From the NCBI GenBank assembly GCA_918797485.1, contig CAKKNE010000005.1, positions 1,364,001-1,428,000 on the forward strand: a stretch of 64,000 nucleotides of DNA. Reading direction: 5' to 3'. The notes beneath the pieces are model-generated. The model did no database searches, was not told where the DNA came from, and saw only the letters and a program-made list of their open reading frames with translations. Below, piece by piece: positions 11,301 through 20,998 of the stretch; the first letter of the stretch is position 1; every line of letters begins with the position of its first letter. Made by a program: the position numbers and the translations under genes. The stretch is from Pelagomonas calceolata. Its lineage: Eukaryota.

Positions 11301-14112
11301 CACCGAGGGCTCGGACCTCCTCGGCCTCGAGCTGAGCCGGACCGAGAACGACGGGGGCGCGTCGGTCAGAGCCGTCGTGGTCTCCTGGCTCCCGGCGGAC
11401 GAGTCCGACTTCCTCGACGCCGACGGGAGGCCCGCGGCCCTCTACAAGATCCGGTACCTGGACGGCGATCTCGCGGGAGACCACCAGGACCTGGAGGCTT
11501 ACGAGGTCGAGGAGTCGACGGACGCGCCCGATGCCCCGGCGCGGTCCCGCTTCAAGTACGTGTACCCCCCCAAATCTTCGCGCGGCTCTTGGACGACGTG
11601 CATCAAAGTGAATAATATCTCGACTACCGCCGGGTGCCACAGGACGCAGGAGGACGCCGCGCGGGCCATCGACGCGCTCCTGCTTCACCATGGCAAGCGG
11701 GCCGTGAACTTCCCAGGCGAGGAGGAGGCGACGCGCGCGGCGTTCCCCGACATCGGCGCTCGAGTTTCTCGCGGGCGCCAGCCGGCGGCCGCCGCGCGCC
11801 CGAAGCCGCGCCCGCGCCCGAAGGCGCCGCGCGCGGCGAAGAAACCGGCGCCGAAGCGACGGACGCCGAGCGACTACCGGGGCGTCCACGGCGAAGAGCG
11901 CGGCGAGGCGTCCTCAACTACCACGGTCTGGTACGCGTCCTCTGGCTTCGGCGGCGCCACGCTCCGCTACGACCACGCGACGGAGCTCGAGGCGGCCATC
12001 TCCTACGACGCCGTGCGCGTGTGGTACCGCGGCGAGGCGCGCCTCAACTTCCCGGAGGGCTGGCCCGGCGACGGCTCGGCCTACGCGGGCGTCGCGCGGA
12101 ACGCGGACGCCGCGACGACGACGGCGCCCTGGCGCGCTTTCCACGACGGCCGCGAGCTGGGCAGCTTCGACGACGAGCAGGTCGCGGCGCGCGTCTACGA
12201 CTTCGCGCGGCGCTGCCGGGGCCAGCCCGTCGTCAACTTCGACGGCAGCGGGGACGGGGGAGAGACGTTCTGCGCCTACTGCGAGGACTGGGAGTTGCGC
12301 GCGGTGGCGGAGCGGGACGGCGCGTCCCTGATCAAAAAGTACGGCCGCCGCTTCTTCGAGGACCCCGACCGCCACCCCGGCGAGGTCTACTACGTGGTGC
12401 ACACGGGCGTCCAGTGGACCGAAACCGGCATTGCCACCGTCAAGGTCGACGCCGTGGGCCCGCGCGACATGAGCGTCGCGACGCCCGGGCCCTTCGTCGC
12501 GGGGCCCCGCGCGGGTGTAGATGTTGCGGAGAGCGCGACGACGTACCTGCTGAACGACGAGCTGCGCAGGATGATCGCGGCGACGCCGCAGGGTCTCCAG
12601 ATTAAGGAGGCGGAGGACGGCGCCGCGGTGCCGCAGCCGTTCTTCTCGGAGTTCGAGCCGCCGGAGCCGGTCGCGGCGCCGCCCGAGGCGCCGCTCGAGC
12701 CGCGGCGGCGGCGGCCTGTTGTTGAGGAGGCGCCGCCGCCGGAGCCGGCGCGGCCGCGGCCCCCGCGGGCGCCGCCGATCTCGGCGAGCGCGCAGCGCAA
12801 GGCGGCGCTCGACGCCGAGGACGCCGCGGACGGCTGGACGCCGCCCTCGGAGGCCGACGCCGACGCGCGCTGCCTGCGCGCGTGCGACGCGTGCCGGGCG
12901 GCGGGCCTCGGCGTCAAGGCGTGCCTCGTCGACAAGCGGCACGCGGCGGGCGTCGCGCCGCGCGGCTTCGCGAAGTTCTGCGCCGAGGTGCGCGCGGCGC
13001 CCGCGTACCGCGAGCCCGACGGGCCGCCGTCGGAGGGCGCCGTCTGCGCGGCCGTCCAGGCGGCGGTGTCGGGCGTCGCGGTGCCGGCGCACTTCGTGGA
13101 CGCGGTCAAGGAGTTCGCGAACCGCGAGTCCAAGCTCACGACCGTCATCCAGGGCGGCCGCCGCTCCGTCTACGTCGACGGCGGCGAGGCGGGGCCCTTC
13201 CGCGACTTCGCCGACGGCGGCGCGCTCCGCAAGGGTGAACGACGGGTTTCGCGGCGGACGAACGCGACCAAGTTCCTGGAGCGGTGCCGCTGCGCCATCG
13301 CGTACCGCGCGGCGTACCTCTGGCCGCGGAGCCACGCTATCCATTTGTCGGCGGACATGCTCTGCCTCGTCGGCGCGCCGGCGGCGCAGGTGCCGCACGT
13401 GGACCTGATCCCGGACCAGTGCCAGGCGGTCATGGCGCTCACGCGGCAGGCGCCGACGCTCGTGCTGCGGAAGGACGCGTCGCCTTCCATCGAGGAGGCC
13501 TTCGCCAAGGTCGGCATCGACGCGGGCAGCACGACGAAGTGGGCCGATCTCGTAAGGGCCGCGCCGGCGCTCGCGCTCGGCCGCGACGAGATCAACCGCG
13601 GCATGGTCGACGCGACGCGCTACCTGGACCCCCCGCCGACGGACGAGGAGGTCGCGGCGGCGGCGCAGGCCGCGCAGGGCCGCCGGCGCCGGTCGACGGC
13701 GGGCGCCGGCGGCGTCGACGGCGACTGCCGGCCCGTGTCGCGCGACGCCTGGGACGCCGGGTCGCTCTTCCTCGCGGACCATCGGTTGGTGCACGCGGGG
13801 CCGCGCTGCACGCAGCCGGGGCCGCGCGTCGTGCTTTTCACGACCTTCACCGTGCAGTCCACGGAGGCGGAAGCGGCGACGTACGACCCGCGCGACCAGT
13901 ACATGCCCTACTTCCTCGCCGAGGACCCGTCCATGTCCGACGAGAAGGCCGCGGCGCTGCTGCACCACTGGCGCGAGGAGAAGCCCTGGGACCACTACCC
14001 CGACACGGACCAGAGCCTGGCCGTGAAGCTCCTCGCGACGCGCGGGCCCGAGCTGTCCGAGGAGAAGCGGCGCGACGCCGTCGCGCGCATGCGCGCGACG
14101 CCGCCCGAGTGA
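8377..14112 (+). CDS. Large multidomain nuclear protein: 2 Myb/SANT, 4-5 Tudor-like, 4 AP2-like, C-terminal 2OG-Fe(II) dioxygenase-like domain
   Basis: Myb WTPDEEAEL..W..VAQRLGTGRS and WTPQEENDL; Tudor GTRVAVRFDD..YEGTV and VEVWWP..KWYRG; AP2 SRFNGV..WCAEI..LGDFDLEEDAARAYD..LNFP; QVPHVD...LVHAGP...RVVLF. Confidence 0.85.
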   Translation: MPPKRRGETSGAEPAKRRRWTPDEEAELQALVGKLGPDKWPAVAQRLGTGRSAAAVELHWKGTAASAPSAAPKPAKRARKSAAKRAAKSAAKPVATGDSLAALPPAPRAAPPRAARRSPPTAPPPGTRVAVRFDDKDYEGTVGDALDETRATVKFDDGTSDDIDFTESGIRITREAPAAAPPPAAKPAAKAKPRAPPAAKKPQSKPAPRPPRAAPTPAAAPKKPAAKRPAPTEDEPPPADDVDALVARNAPIVRTEKPRSTQRAEAIEAATTAREYVDRGGKKKDLLYDLKSGYFCVVGEAAPTEDPAPPPPKPAAKAKPAAKAKSRAAPAPAAAPKKPAAKKPRPAPPPEAAPESAAAAPGPPAEAGGKASRFNGVKRTPVQGGKWCAEICVKGHTIPLGDFDLEEDAARAYDAARAKWAAMHKSIRPLNFPDEAPLASALAALPPLPAALQPPASLPPRRRSAPPTAQPPPPGSRVAVRFKDGIEYAGTVEKVEDANHAFVRYDDGQSETVRFPDPDVRVTGFGPEAPAAKPAAKPPRAARTAPAAAPAAPPPATKRPRAPPAAKKPQSKPAPRPPRAAPTPAAAPAQPAAKKPRTAPPPEPAPAPRVRPPRAARGGPDARVGRWVEVWWPEQRKWYRGRVGEARYSDAAAGVELRVDYDDSETHYQVFQEDAFEGTGAPPPQPEGAPKRWRFFDGPPPAEHYVHKKWTPQEENDLRKLVAELGEEQWAAVAERMGTRSEKSVETHWKVLTGQRTASGYGKPRAQPLKAAPAIDARVSSWVEVYWAGEGEWYLGRIVGQRRRSARHETKVAYADGETMYEALRDVPFDGDGEPPAVADGEPEHWRWAPVPPVRKVAIDVDGLVERAVPIRPTGKPRARDRYASATTAREYVSLGGSTADLKYDLVNGFFVEDAPVPAESAPAASAPRGPGRLTRRRASDEDAQLNEAIQRSLADAPPSPPAPPTPEAPVDQWRTEGSDLLGLELSRTENDGGASVRAVVVSWLPADESDFLDADGRPAALYKIRYLDGDLAGDHQDLEAYEVEESTDAPDAPARSRFKYVYPPKSSRGSWTTCIKVNNISTTAGCHRTQEDAARAIDALLLHHGKRAVNFPGEEEATRAAFPDIGARVSRGRQPAAAARPKPRPRPKAPRAAKKPAPKRRTPSDYRGVHGEERGEASSTTTVWYASSGFGGATLRYDHATELEAAISYDAVRVWYRGEARLNFPEGWPGDGSAYAGVARNADAATTTAPWRAFHDGRELGSFDDEQVAARVYDFARRCRGQPVVNFDGSGDGGETFCAYCEDWELRAVAERDGASLIKKYGRRFFEDPDRHPGEVYYVVHTGVQWTETGIATVKVDAVGPRDMSVATPGPFVAGPRAGVDVAESATTYLLNDELRRMIAATPQGLQIKEAEDGAAVPQPFFSEFEPPEPVAAPPEAPLEPRRRRPVVEEAPPPEPARPRPPRAPPISASAQRKAALDAEDAADGWTPPSEADADARCLRACDACRAAGLGVKACLVDKRHAAGVAPRGFAKFCAEVRAAPAYREPDGPPSEGAVCAAVQAAVSGVAVPAHFVDAVKEFANRESKLTTVIQGGRRSVYVDGGEAGPFRDFADGGALRKGERRVSRRTNATKFLERCRCAIAYRAAYLWPRSHAIHLSADMLCLVGAPAAQVPHVDLIPDQCQAVMALTRQAPTLVLRKDASPSIEEAFAKVGIDAGSTTKWADLVRAAPALALGRDEINRGMVDATRYLDPPPTDEEVAAAAQAAQGRRRRSTAGAGGVDGDCRPVSRDAWDAGSLFLADHRLVHAGPRCTQPGPRVVLFTTFTVQSTEAEAATYDPRDQYMPYFLAEDPSMSDEKAAALLHHWREEKPWDHYPDTDQSLAVKLLATRGPELSEEKRRDAVARMRATPPE

Positions 14113-14205
14113 ATAGCACGGCGCCGCCCGAGTGAATAAGAACATCGATAGTCCAACAATCCAAATCGCCACGCGCCCGAGTGACTTATCGTTTCTACCA
14201 ATTAC

Positions 14206-14637
14206 TCAGTCTACGTCTTCTACCTCGTCGGCCTTCTTCCGCGCGTCTCGGATGACTTCCTTCATCTCCAGTAATCGTCTAGCTCTCTCAAATTTCAGGC
14301 GGTCGTGGCGCACGGCGTACAACAGACACCCCGAGTCCAGGGGACACCGTCGTATTGAGGCAATAGCAGACGCCTCCCCCAGCAGCTCGTCAATGTACTG
14401 TCGCACCAACCGCTCGACCATCTCCACCGATTCCGCGTCCACTTCCTGGGCGTCGCCGAAGCCGTACATCATCTGTTGGAGGTCCTTCGATAGGTCGGGC
14501 GGTTTCGGCGGTTTTTTTTCTCTTTTTCTCTTATATATTTCGTCGTCGGGGCCCCGGACGTACTTCTTCGGCGGCGATGCTGCTTCTTTCGAGGGCCGGC
14601 CCGTGGGGTTGTGGGGCGGGTTCGGGTTCTCGGCCAT
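14206..14637 (-). CDS. TAF13: TFIID subunit 13 (histone fold)
   Basis: DLQQMMYGFGD...ESVEMVERLVRQYI...LLYAVRHD..KFERARRLL. Confidence 0.9.
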   Translation of the reverse strand: MAENPNPPHNPTGRPSKEAASPPKKYVRGPDDEIYKRKREKKPPKPPDLSKDLQQMMYGFGDAQEVDAESVEMVERLVRQYIDELLGEASAIASIRRCPLDSGCLLYAVRHDRLKFERARRLLEMKEVIRDARKKADEVEDVD

Positions 14638-14857
14638 GATTCGAGCGCTGCGTCTGCACTGATCGCTGCACTCGTCGCAGCGGGCGCGCGCGCACTGTTG
14701 GTGAGAGCAGCCTGTGGTCTTTGGCGTCCTGCCGTCTCCGGAAGTCGCGGTTTTTGTCTAGTCGCGAGCGGCACGAATGCAAACGACGAATGCGCTAAGC
14801 GTTCGGTGCGGCAGCGTGCGCAGCGCGCTTTTTTTGCTGTCTAAAAGTCGTGCCGTG

Positions 14858-14877
14858 CTAGTATGTCTGAACGCTAG
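14858..14877 (-). promoter_or_regulatory. Degenerate CTAG-bounded promoter element
   Basis: Minus strand reads CTAGCGTTCAGACATACTAG, in the divergent TAF13/HAD gap. Confidence 0.4.
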
Positions 14878-15047
14878 CTCAGCTGTTTCTCGGGCTTGCT
14901 TTTTGAGCAGTGTATGGCGTCCTGCTAGGCGTAGAACGTTTCAAAGTTAGGCATTTACTTCTCTCGCAGCGTCTCGGTACGCAATCGCAGCATCAAGTCC
15001 CTCGTCAAAGCCCATCCATCACTGAGAGCATATTGGTCTGCAGTCTC

Positions 15048-15920
15048 ATGGCCACCTTTCGTCCAACAAAACGGAGCACGCCGACGTCCCCGATCCAGCG
15101 CCTGCGCCGCTCGCTTTCTTCCGAGAGCGACGACGAGCCGACCGCCAGCGTGCACATAAGTGACGCGGCGACGGCCGGCAGCGACGCCAGTGCATCAACA
15201 GACGACGAGAAGGCCGTGCTCTCGCACTGGGACTCCGACAACGCGCTCGACGCGACGGGCCACGCGGCGGGCCTGCCGTCGACACTCTTACTCCACCCGT
15301 CGCAGCAGCCGCCTACACTATTTTTAGATGTGGATGGCGTCCTCAACACGGCGCAGATGTTCGAGCGGCACGCGCTCCACCCGAAGTTGCTCAAGCGCCT
15401 CAAGTCGGTTATCGACGCAACCGATGGTAGAATAGTGCTGTCGACGACGTGGCGCATGGTCGAGGAAAACGAGCGCGTCCTGCTGGACGCGCTCATCGAC
15501 CAGGGGATCAACCCGAACACCGTAGTGGGCCGCACGCCGGTGCTCGGGCTGGCGGATCTGCATTGGAGCGGCGATCACGGGACGCTCGCGGAGACGAGGA
15601 GGGCCTCGGAAATAGTAAGGTATCTGGACACGTCGCCGGCCGTCGAAAAGGGGCGCTGGGCCGTCGTCGATGATTTGGACGTGCTTCGGGTGGACGATCC
15701 TTCGATCCGATCAAGATTGGAGGGCCACTGCGTCCGGACGGCCGTCGAGTCGGGCCTGACGCAGACCTGCTGCGACGCGTTGATCGCGATGCTGCGGCCG
15801 CTCCCGCCGCCGCCGGCGGCGGAACCGACGACGCCGCCCGCCGACGCGTGCCGCGGGCCGCCGACGAGTCCTACGTTCAACATGAAGCTGCTGACCACGA
15901 CGGGCACCGTCATAACATGA
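15048..15920 (+). CDS. HAD-superfamily protein (HAD_SAK-like)
   Basis: LFLDVDGVLN, IVLSTTWR and WAVVDD motifs; first ATG at 15048. Confidence 0.8.
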   Translation: MATFRPTKRSTPTSPIQRLRRSLSSESDDEPTASVHISDAATAGSDASASTDDEKAVLSHWDSDNALDATGHAAGLPSTLLLHPSQQPPTLFLDVDGVLNTAQMFERHALHPKLLKRLKSVIDATDGRIVLSTTWRMVEENERVLLDALIDQGINPNTVVGRTPVLGLADLHWSGDHGTLAETRRASEIVRYLDTSPAVEKGRWAVVDDLDVLRVDDPSIRSRLEGHCVRTAVESGLTQTCCDALIAMLRPLPPPPAAEPTTPPADACRGPPTSPTFNMKLLTTTGTVIT

Positions 15921-16973
15921 CTACAACTTACACGCACTAAACGCTTTTTGAAGCGCGTCCCCGTCGATCCCCACACCAATAAGCGCGAGGCGCGACTCCG
16001 GGAACTCCTCGCGGGTCGCCTCCAAATCAAAGGCGTCGCTCACGCCCTGGACGAGCGCCCAGCCCTCCTCCAACAGCACGAAACCCTTCGCGCGGAACGC
16101 TGCTCGATCGTCTTCCGTCTTCCAGAGGTAATCACCTAGGAGCCGCTCGAGCCTCCTCCGATCCAACACGACGGACGCGGGCAGGATGGCCGCGCAGGCG
16201 CCCCACTTCGTTGTTTTATGAGGCGTCGCCCAGCCCAGGCCCGGGACCGAGGGAGGTCCCGCGGTACCGCCCCTTATCAAAAAACCATCAATCCCAAAAT
16301 CGCCTGCACCATTGATGCTCCTCCTAACATCCGCCGCCGGGTTTAGTGATCGGACCGCCTCCTCCAACGAGGACACATCACACAAGTCCGCCTTGCTCAG
16401 GAGTATCCGGTCCGCGGTGGCCACCGCTCTCTTAGCTTCGAACGCACCAGGCCCGGACGACTCCAACAACCCAAGACCGCTGACACCATCGACCACACAA
16501 ACGACCCCGTCCAACACGACCGGAGACTCGAGCGCGTCGTCCAACCATAGACCAGCGGCGACGGGACCGGGATCGGCAACTCCCGATAATTCAACAACAA
16601 TAGCGTCCAGCCTCGAGGCCTTCTGGACGAGCCCCTCCAAAGCCGACGCGAGTTCGCCCTTCGTGGAGCAGCAGACGCAGCCGTTCCGTAATTCGACAAT
16701 TCGTCCATCGGCATCGAGCGCGGACGCGCCCGCGAGTAACGTTTCTAGGCCTCGCGTGTCGCCGAACTCGTTCTCGACGACGGCTATTTTTAAATTTTGA
16801 TCGTTCTCCAATATACGTCGTAGTATCGTCGTCTTGCCTGCTCCTAGGAAGCCGCACAAGACCGTGACGGGCACTGGAGCTCTTTCGGTCGTTGGCGTCG
16901 GATCTATTAACAGAGGCGCCTCGCCGTCGGAGCTGTCGTCCTCTAGCGACAGCGCGGCGAGGTGCTGGGCCAT
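15921..16973 (-). CDS. CobW/COG0523 metallochaperone GTPase
   Basis: GFLGAGKTT, IAVVENEFG, ELRNGCVCC, ELSGVADPGP and a CobW C-terminal domain (RAKG..VQGV). Confidence 0.92.
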   Translation of the reverse strand: MAQHLAALSLEDDSSDGEAPLLIDPTPTTERAPVPVTVLCGFLGAGKTTILRRILENDQNLKIAVVENEFGDTRGLETLLAGASALDADGRIVELRNGCVCCSTKGELASALEGLVQKASRLDAIVVELSGVADPGPVAAGLWLDDALESPVVLDGVVCVVDGVSGLGLLESSGPGAFEAKRAVATADRILLSKADLCDVSSLEEAVRSLNPAADVRRSINGAGDFGIDGFLIRGGTAGPPSVPGLGWATPHKTTKWGACAAILPASVVLDRRRLERLLGDYLWKTEDDRAAFRAKGFVLLEEGWALVQGVSDAFDLEATREEFPESRLALIGVGIDGDALQKAFSACKL

Positions 16974-17160
16974 CGCTGCGGCCGGTTTGGGCTGCAAGGC
17001 TGCAGTGCTGCTGCTCAAGATGGCTCTGGCTCGCAAGCAAGCTGGAAGAGATGTGCCCACGCGTAGGTGTCAACTATTAGGACACCAGCGATGCCGGATG
17101 TAGCCACAGTGTGCCTCTATATGCTTTATACAGCCACGCAGCCCAGCTTTTTTGTGCTTG

Positions 17161-17180
17161 CTAGTGCCTTACACTGCTAG
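17161..17180 (-). promoter_or_regulatory. CTAG-bounded promoter element
   Basis: Minus strand reads CTAGCAGTGTAAGGCACTAG, in the divergent CobW/EBP2 gap. Confidence 0.65.
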
Positions 17181-17397
17181 CTAGCTGGCAACTTCACATT
17201 GGCTATTACTCCGCGTTGCTGCCGCTGCGACACTGTGCGTGCTCCAAACGTCATCTCTTAGTGCGTCGAGGACGCAAAAACCGAAGCGCTACAGCCCCTG
17301 TGGACAAAAGCGCATTGTCGCCAGCCGCAGCGCCGGCACCGCATCGCTGCGCGCCCTTGTGACAGAAGTGCAATCCATCGAGCAACAAGAGCAAGAA

Positions 17398-18201
17398 ATG
17401 GACCGCTTCGCCGGCACGAGAAGAGGCGACGAGAGCAGCGACGAGTCCGACGAAGACGCCGAGGACGCGCTGGAACGGCGAGCGCTGGCCGAAGCGAGAT
17501 TGGCACGAGCCGCAAAGCCGGAACGGAGAGCCGCCTCGAAGGCGAAACGAGCTTTTAGTGATCGGCCCGGCCTGGAACGGTGTCGTATTATTCCGGAAGA
17601 CGCCCCATTTGTTGAAACACTAATCTTAACCGCAAGCCAACCATTGATCGCCCCATCAGATAATGACGATTTGAAGAGAGAAGTAGGCTTCTACGACCTC
17701 GCCCTGACACTCGCGAGGGAAGGCCGCAACAAGCTCACGGAGCTCGGAGAACCGGTAAGACGCCCGAAGGACTTCTTCTGCGAAATGGTCAAGAGCGACC
17801 AGCACATGGCGCGCGTCAAAGAGTCGTTAGTGGTGCAACAAAAAAAGATCACAGCTGTGGAAAAACGAAAAGCCGAAAAAGCTCAGAAAAAATACGCGAA
17901 GCAAGTGCAGGCCGAGGCCGAGGCCGAGAAGTCGGAAAGGAAGAAGAAGCGGCTGCGGGAAATTGATGAGTGGCGCAAGGAGTCCCAGAAGCGGGGCCGC
18001 GACTTGGACGAACGACCGCGCAAATTTTCTCGTACCCAAAAAACGAAGGACAAGAAGTGGGGTTTTGGGGGTGTGAAACGCGGCTCGAAGAAGACTACCG
18101 ATCGGAGGGACAAGTCGCTGTCGGACCTGAAGGACTTCAACCCGTCGCGCGGGAAAACAAAGTTCAAGAAGAAGGGTAAAGGGGGCAAGGGGCGGCGGTA
18201 A
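17398..18201 (+). CDS. EBP2: rRNA-processing protein Ebp2
   Basis: DDLKREVGFY, RRPKDFFCEMVKSDQHMARVK and KDKKWGFGGVKRGSK. Confidence 0.92.
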   Translation: MDRFAGTRRGDESSDESDEDAEDALERRALAEARLARAAKPERRAASKAKRAFSDRPGLERCRIIPEDAPFVETLILTASQPLIAPSDNDDLKREVGFYDLALTLAREGRNKLTELGEPVRRPKDFFCEMVKSDQHMARVKESLVVQQKKITAVEKRKAEKAQKKYAKQVQAEAEAEKSERKKKRLREIDEWRKESQKRGRDLDERPRKFSRTQKTKDKKWGFGGVKRGSKKTTDRRDKSLSDLKDFNPSRGKTKFKKKGKGGKGRR

Positions 18202-18256
18202 GGTGCTGGTGTGTATTTCTTTTCTACGCTGGTAGGGCTGCTTGAGAGTACTGTCC

Positions 18257-18445
18257 TTACGCGCTCCGCGGCGGCGTCTCGCGGGCGGCGAGCGCGGCTC
18301 GCGCTTCTCGCAGAGCCGCCTTGATCCAATCCGTGGTCGGGTGCGCACCCCCCATCACGCGCCGCGCGATCGGAGCCAACTCCTCGAGCCTCGTCACGGC
18401 CTCGCGGAGATCGTCGAGCGTGGCGCCGTCGTCCCTGTATAAGTC
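18257..18445 (-). pseudogene. Isolated C-terminal fragment of a kinesin-light-chain/TPR-like helical repeat protein
   Basis: LYRDDGATLDDLREAVTRLEELAPIARRVMGGAHPTT..I.AALREARAAL resembles TPR_12-type 'RVLGxxHPxT' repeats; there is no convincing upstream coding sequence. Confidence 0.55.
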
Positions 18446-18751
18446 TCGGCTTGAAACCCGAATTTTCATTCACGCCGCAACGCGCGCCGCGCGACGCCAC
18501 CCGCCTGCGGAGGCCTCCGCCGAATCAGGGTAAACCCGAATCTTCTTGTCGCAAACGTACCTAGACGCGACAGACCGCCGCGCCGCCACGAGCCCCAGGA
18601 CACCCGAGATTCAATCTCACTTGTAACTTAAGAGAGTAAGGGTATTCCTGGCGCCCGTGTGAAACGAGCGGGCGCCGGCGTCAAGCCGTGTCAGCAGCAA
18701 TATTTGTTTGTCGTAGCGAATTGTTGTCGATGGGGGGAAGGGGATAAGTTT

Positions 18752-19777
18752 TCAGCCGCCGAGCGGCCGCTGGTCGACGGGCACGTCGGCGAGCGAGAGC
18801 GCCGCGAGGGGCAATCCTAAACGCCCGGGCTCCGTCGCGAGGCGCGGCGGCGCGTTCGGGTCGTGCGGGGGCGGCGCGTACGCCGCGGGCGCCGCGTCGT
18901 ACGTCCCGCGTCGCGGCTCGTCGATGTCCTCGGGCGCGCCGGCGGGCCGCTCGACGGCTAAGGCCCGCCCGCGCAGCCGCAATCTCCCGCCCTCGCGCGC
19001 CGAAGCTATGGCCCGCGACGCGGAAGACGTGTCCGAGAAAACCACAAAAGCACATCTAGCTCTAACGCCGTCGCCCGACCCGTTCGCGGGGAAGGACCAG
19101 GCCCGCGACACCTGGCCGTAGCACTCGAAGGCGGCTTTAATTTCTGCGTCGCCGCAAGCAGCCGGCACGCCGCCGGCGAAAACAACTAAACCAGCGGCAG
19201 CTAAAGCGTGGCGCTCCTGCCGTCCGACGGCGTTCGCCGAGCCCTCCGCCTGCTGCGACGGCTCGGGGTCGCCGAACTTGCGCACGCCGAGTCGCGCGCC
19301 GTCGACCCTCAAAGGTGCGGCGCGCATGGCCCGCTCCAGCGACTGGGCGTCCCCAAACACCACAATGGCGGACCGCGCGCCGCGCTTCGGGTACCGTATC
19401 GGTAAAGGCTCGACCCTCACGACCGGGCCGTACGCCTCGAAGGCCCTTCTAAGTCGATCGCCGCGCATGTCCACGGGCACGCCCGTGACGTACGCGGCCC
19501 AGGCCGGCTGCGGATCGCGTGGCCGCGCCGGGGGCGGCTGGAGCGCGCCGCCCCAGAGGCCCATGTCGGGCCAGAGGCCCGCGCCCGGCATGGGGGGCGG
19601 CGGCGGCGCGGGCGCGTAGCCCGGCGGCCGGCCGGGCGGCGCGACGGGCGGCGGCCGCGCGGCGTAGGTCGGGTCCAGCCGCCGGCACGCCTCGCTCGAC
19701 TGCGGCGCGCCCGGCGGCGTTTCCTGGAAGCCGCCGTAGGCCTCGTAGGAGCCGCGGTCCCAGCCGGGCTCGCGCAT
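18752..19777 (-). CDS. RNA-binding protein with two RRM domains
   Basis: AYVTGVP..LRRAFEAYGPV..SAIVVF and VFAGGVP..IKAAFECYGQV..CAFVVF; start uncertain. Confidence 0.8.
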   Translation of the reverse strand: MREPGWDRGSYEAYGGFQETPPGAPQSSEACRRLDPTYAARPPPVAPPGRPPGYAPAPPPPPMPGAGLWPDMGLWGGALQPPPARPRDPQPAWAAYVTGVPVDMRGDRLRRAFEAYGPVVRVEPLPIRYPKRGARSAIVVFGDAQSLERAMRAAPLRVDGARLGVRKFGDPEPSQQAEGSANAVGRQERHALAAAGLVVFAGGVPAACGDAEIKAAFECYGQVSRAWSFPANGSGDGVRARCAFVVFSDTSSASRAIASAREGGRLRLRGRALAVERPAGAPEDIDEPRRGTYDAAPAAYAPPPHDPNAPPRLATEPGRLGLPLAALSLADVPVDQRPLGG

Positions 19778-20292
19778 GGCGCCGTCGGGCGGCGCGACGA
19801 AGCGCGCGCGACCGTTCGACCCAGCGGCAACCGAGCAGCAACCGGGCAGCGCGACAAAGCGCGCCTCTCGACGACCAGAGGGCCCGGACCGACGGCCCCA
19901 AAACACAGGGAGGGGCCCGCCGACGGCGCCCGGCGGTGCGGGCAGCCCCGGGTCCTCCGCGGGCGCGGCGCCCAAGATTGGTATCACCGTGATGCGCACT
20001 TTGCAGACTGGGCTCTTTCCTCACCGCCCACGTGCGTGCTTATGATGTGTCGGAGGGGCCCGTGGGGTCGGGTGAGAGTTGCTTGACGCGTGCGAGCGGT
20101 TTCTACACTGGGAAAACCCGGCGCTCAAATGCAGCGCCGCTCTCCCCAGCACAAATCGACGCGCGCGGAGCCGCTGCCGCATCGGCCGCCCGTGCGAACA
20201 GGCCTTTGCCCCGGTGCCAGGCCCTGCCGGGCTGCCCCGCTCCTCGCCGCCAGACAGACGGGCTTGTAGCGCCCTCTGCCCAGCGAGACCGG

Positions 20293-20931
20293 ATGTCCGC
20301 CCGGACGCCGCGCGTCGGCGGCGGCCGCACGAACCGCACGCCGCGCTCCGGCCGCACGCAGACGACGAAAGACTCGGCCACGAAGGCTTCCCTAAGAACC
20401 TGCGAGTTGACCGGCAACGCGTGGCTCGAGCGCCAGACCGCGAAGATCGAGGCGAAAGCTAAGGAGGTCCAAGATTTATATGTTGGCAACCAATTGATAA
20501 AACCGCGCTGGATGAAGGTCTCGAAGACGCCCTGGACCTCGCTCAAAGCCGCGTCGGGCGGCTACGGCCGGCGCGTCTACAACTCGGCCATCAGTGACGA
20601 AATGCCTCCGTTTATGCACATCGACGAGGTCGACGCCCACGACGCCCACGCGCCCATCAAACGGCGGCCGCCGAAGCCCGTCAAAGGCAAGCACGTCTGG
20701 AAGACGCGCTGCAGCGACGACGCGCCCGACTTTTTCCTCACCGACGCGGCCAAGGCGTTGCGGGACGGGCACATGACGCTGCCGAAGCATCGCGGCATGC
20801 CCTACGGCGGGCCGCTCTGCTCCGGCTCTGATAGGTTGATGCTCGAGCCGCTCCCGCGCGAGATGGACGTGCCCTGGTGCTTCCGCCAGACGTTCGACTG
20901 GGACTCGTCGCGGTCCGCGGTGGCTAAGTAG
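20293..20931 (+). CDS. Hypothetical protein
   Basis: GC3-rich ORF from ATG 20293; no motif recognised. Confidence 0.6.
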   Translation: MSARTPRVGGGRTNRTPRSGRTQTTKDSATKASLRTCELTGNAWLERQTAKIEAKAKEVQDLYVGNQLIKPRWMKVSKTPWTSLKAASGGYGRRVYNSAISDEMPPFMHIDEVDAHDAHAPIKRRPPKPVKGKHVWKTRCSDDAPDFFLTDAAKALRDGHMTLPKHRGMPYGGPLCSGSDRLMLEPLPREMDVPWCFRQTFDWDSSRSAVAK

Positions 20932-20998
20932 GACTTATCTTCGAGCCCAGTGCGTACCTGTAGACGGCGCGAAATCGCTATCTAGAGAAACCCGAATA

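Noticed and set aside
8317..14172. Very long antisense ORFs (1190 aa and 752 aa) and many other overlapping ORFs
   Set aside because: Shadow frames of GC3-rich genes; Arg/Gly/Ala-rich with no motifs.
14099..14184. CGCCCGAGTGA repeated three times around a stop codon
   Set aside because: Most simply a local slippage duplication of the gene end.
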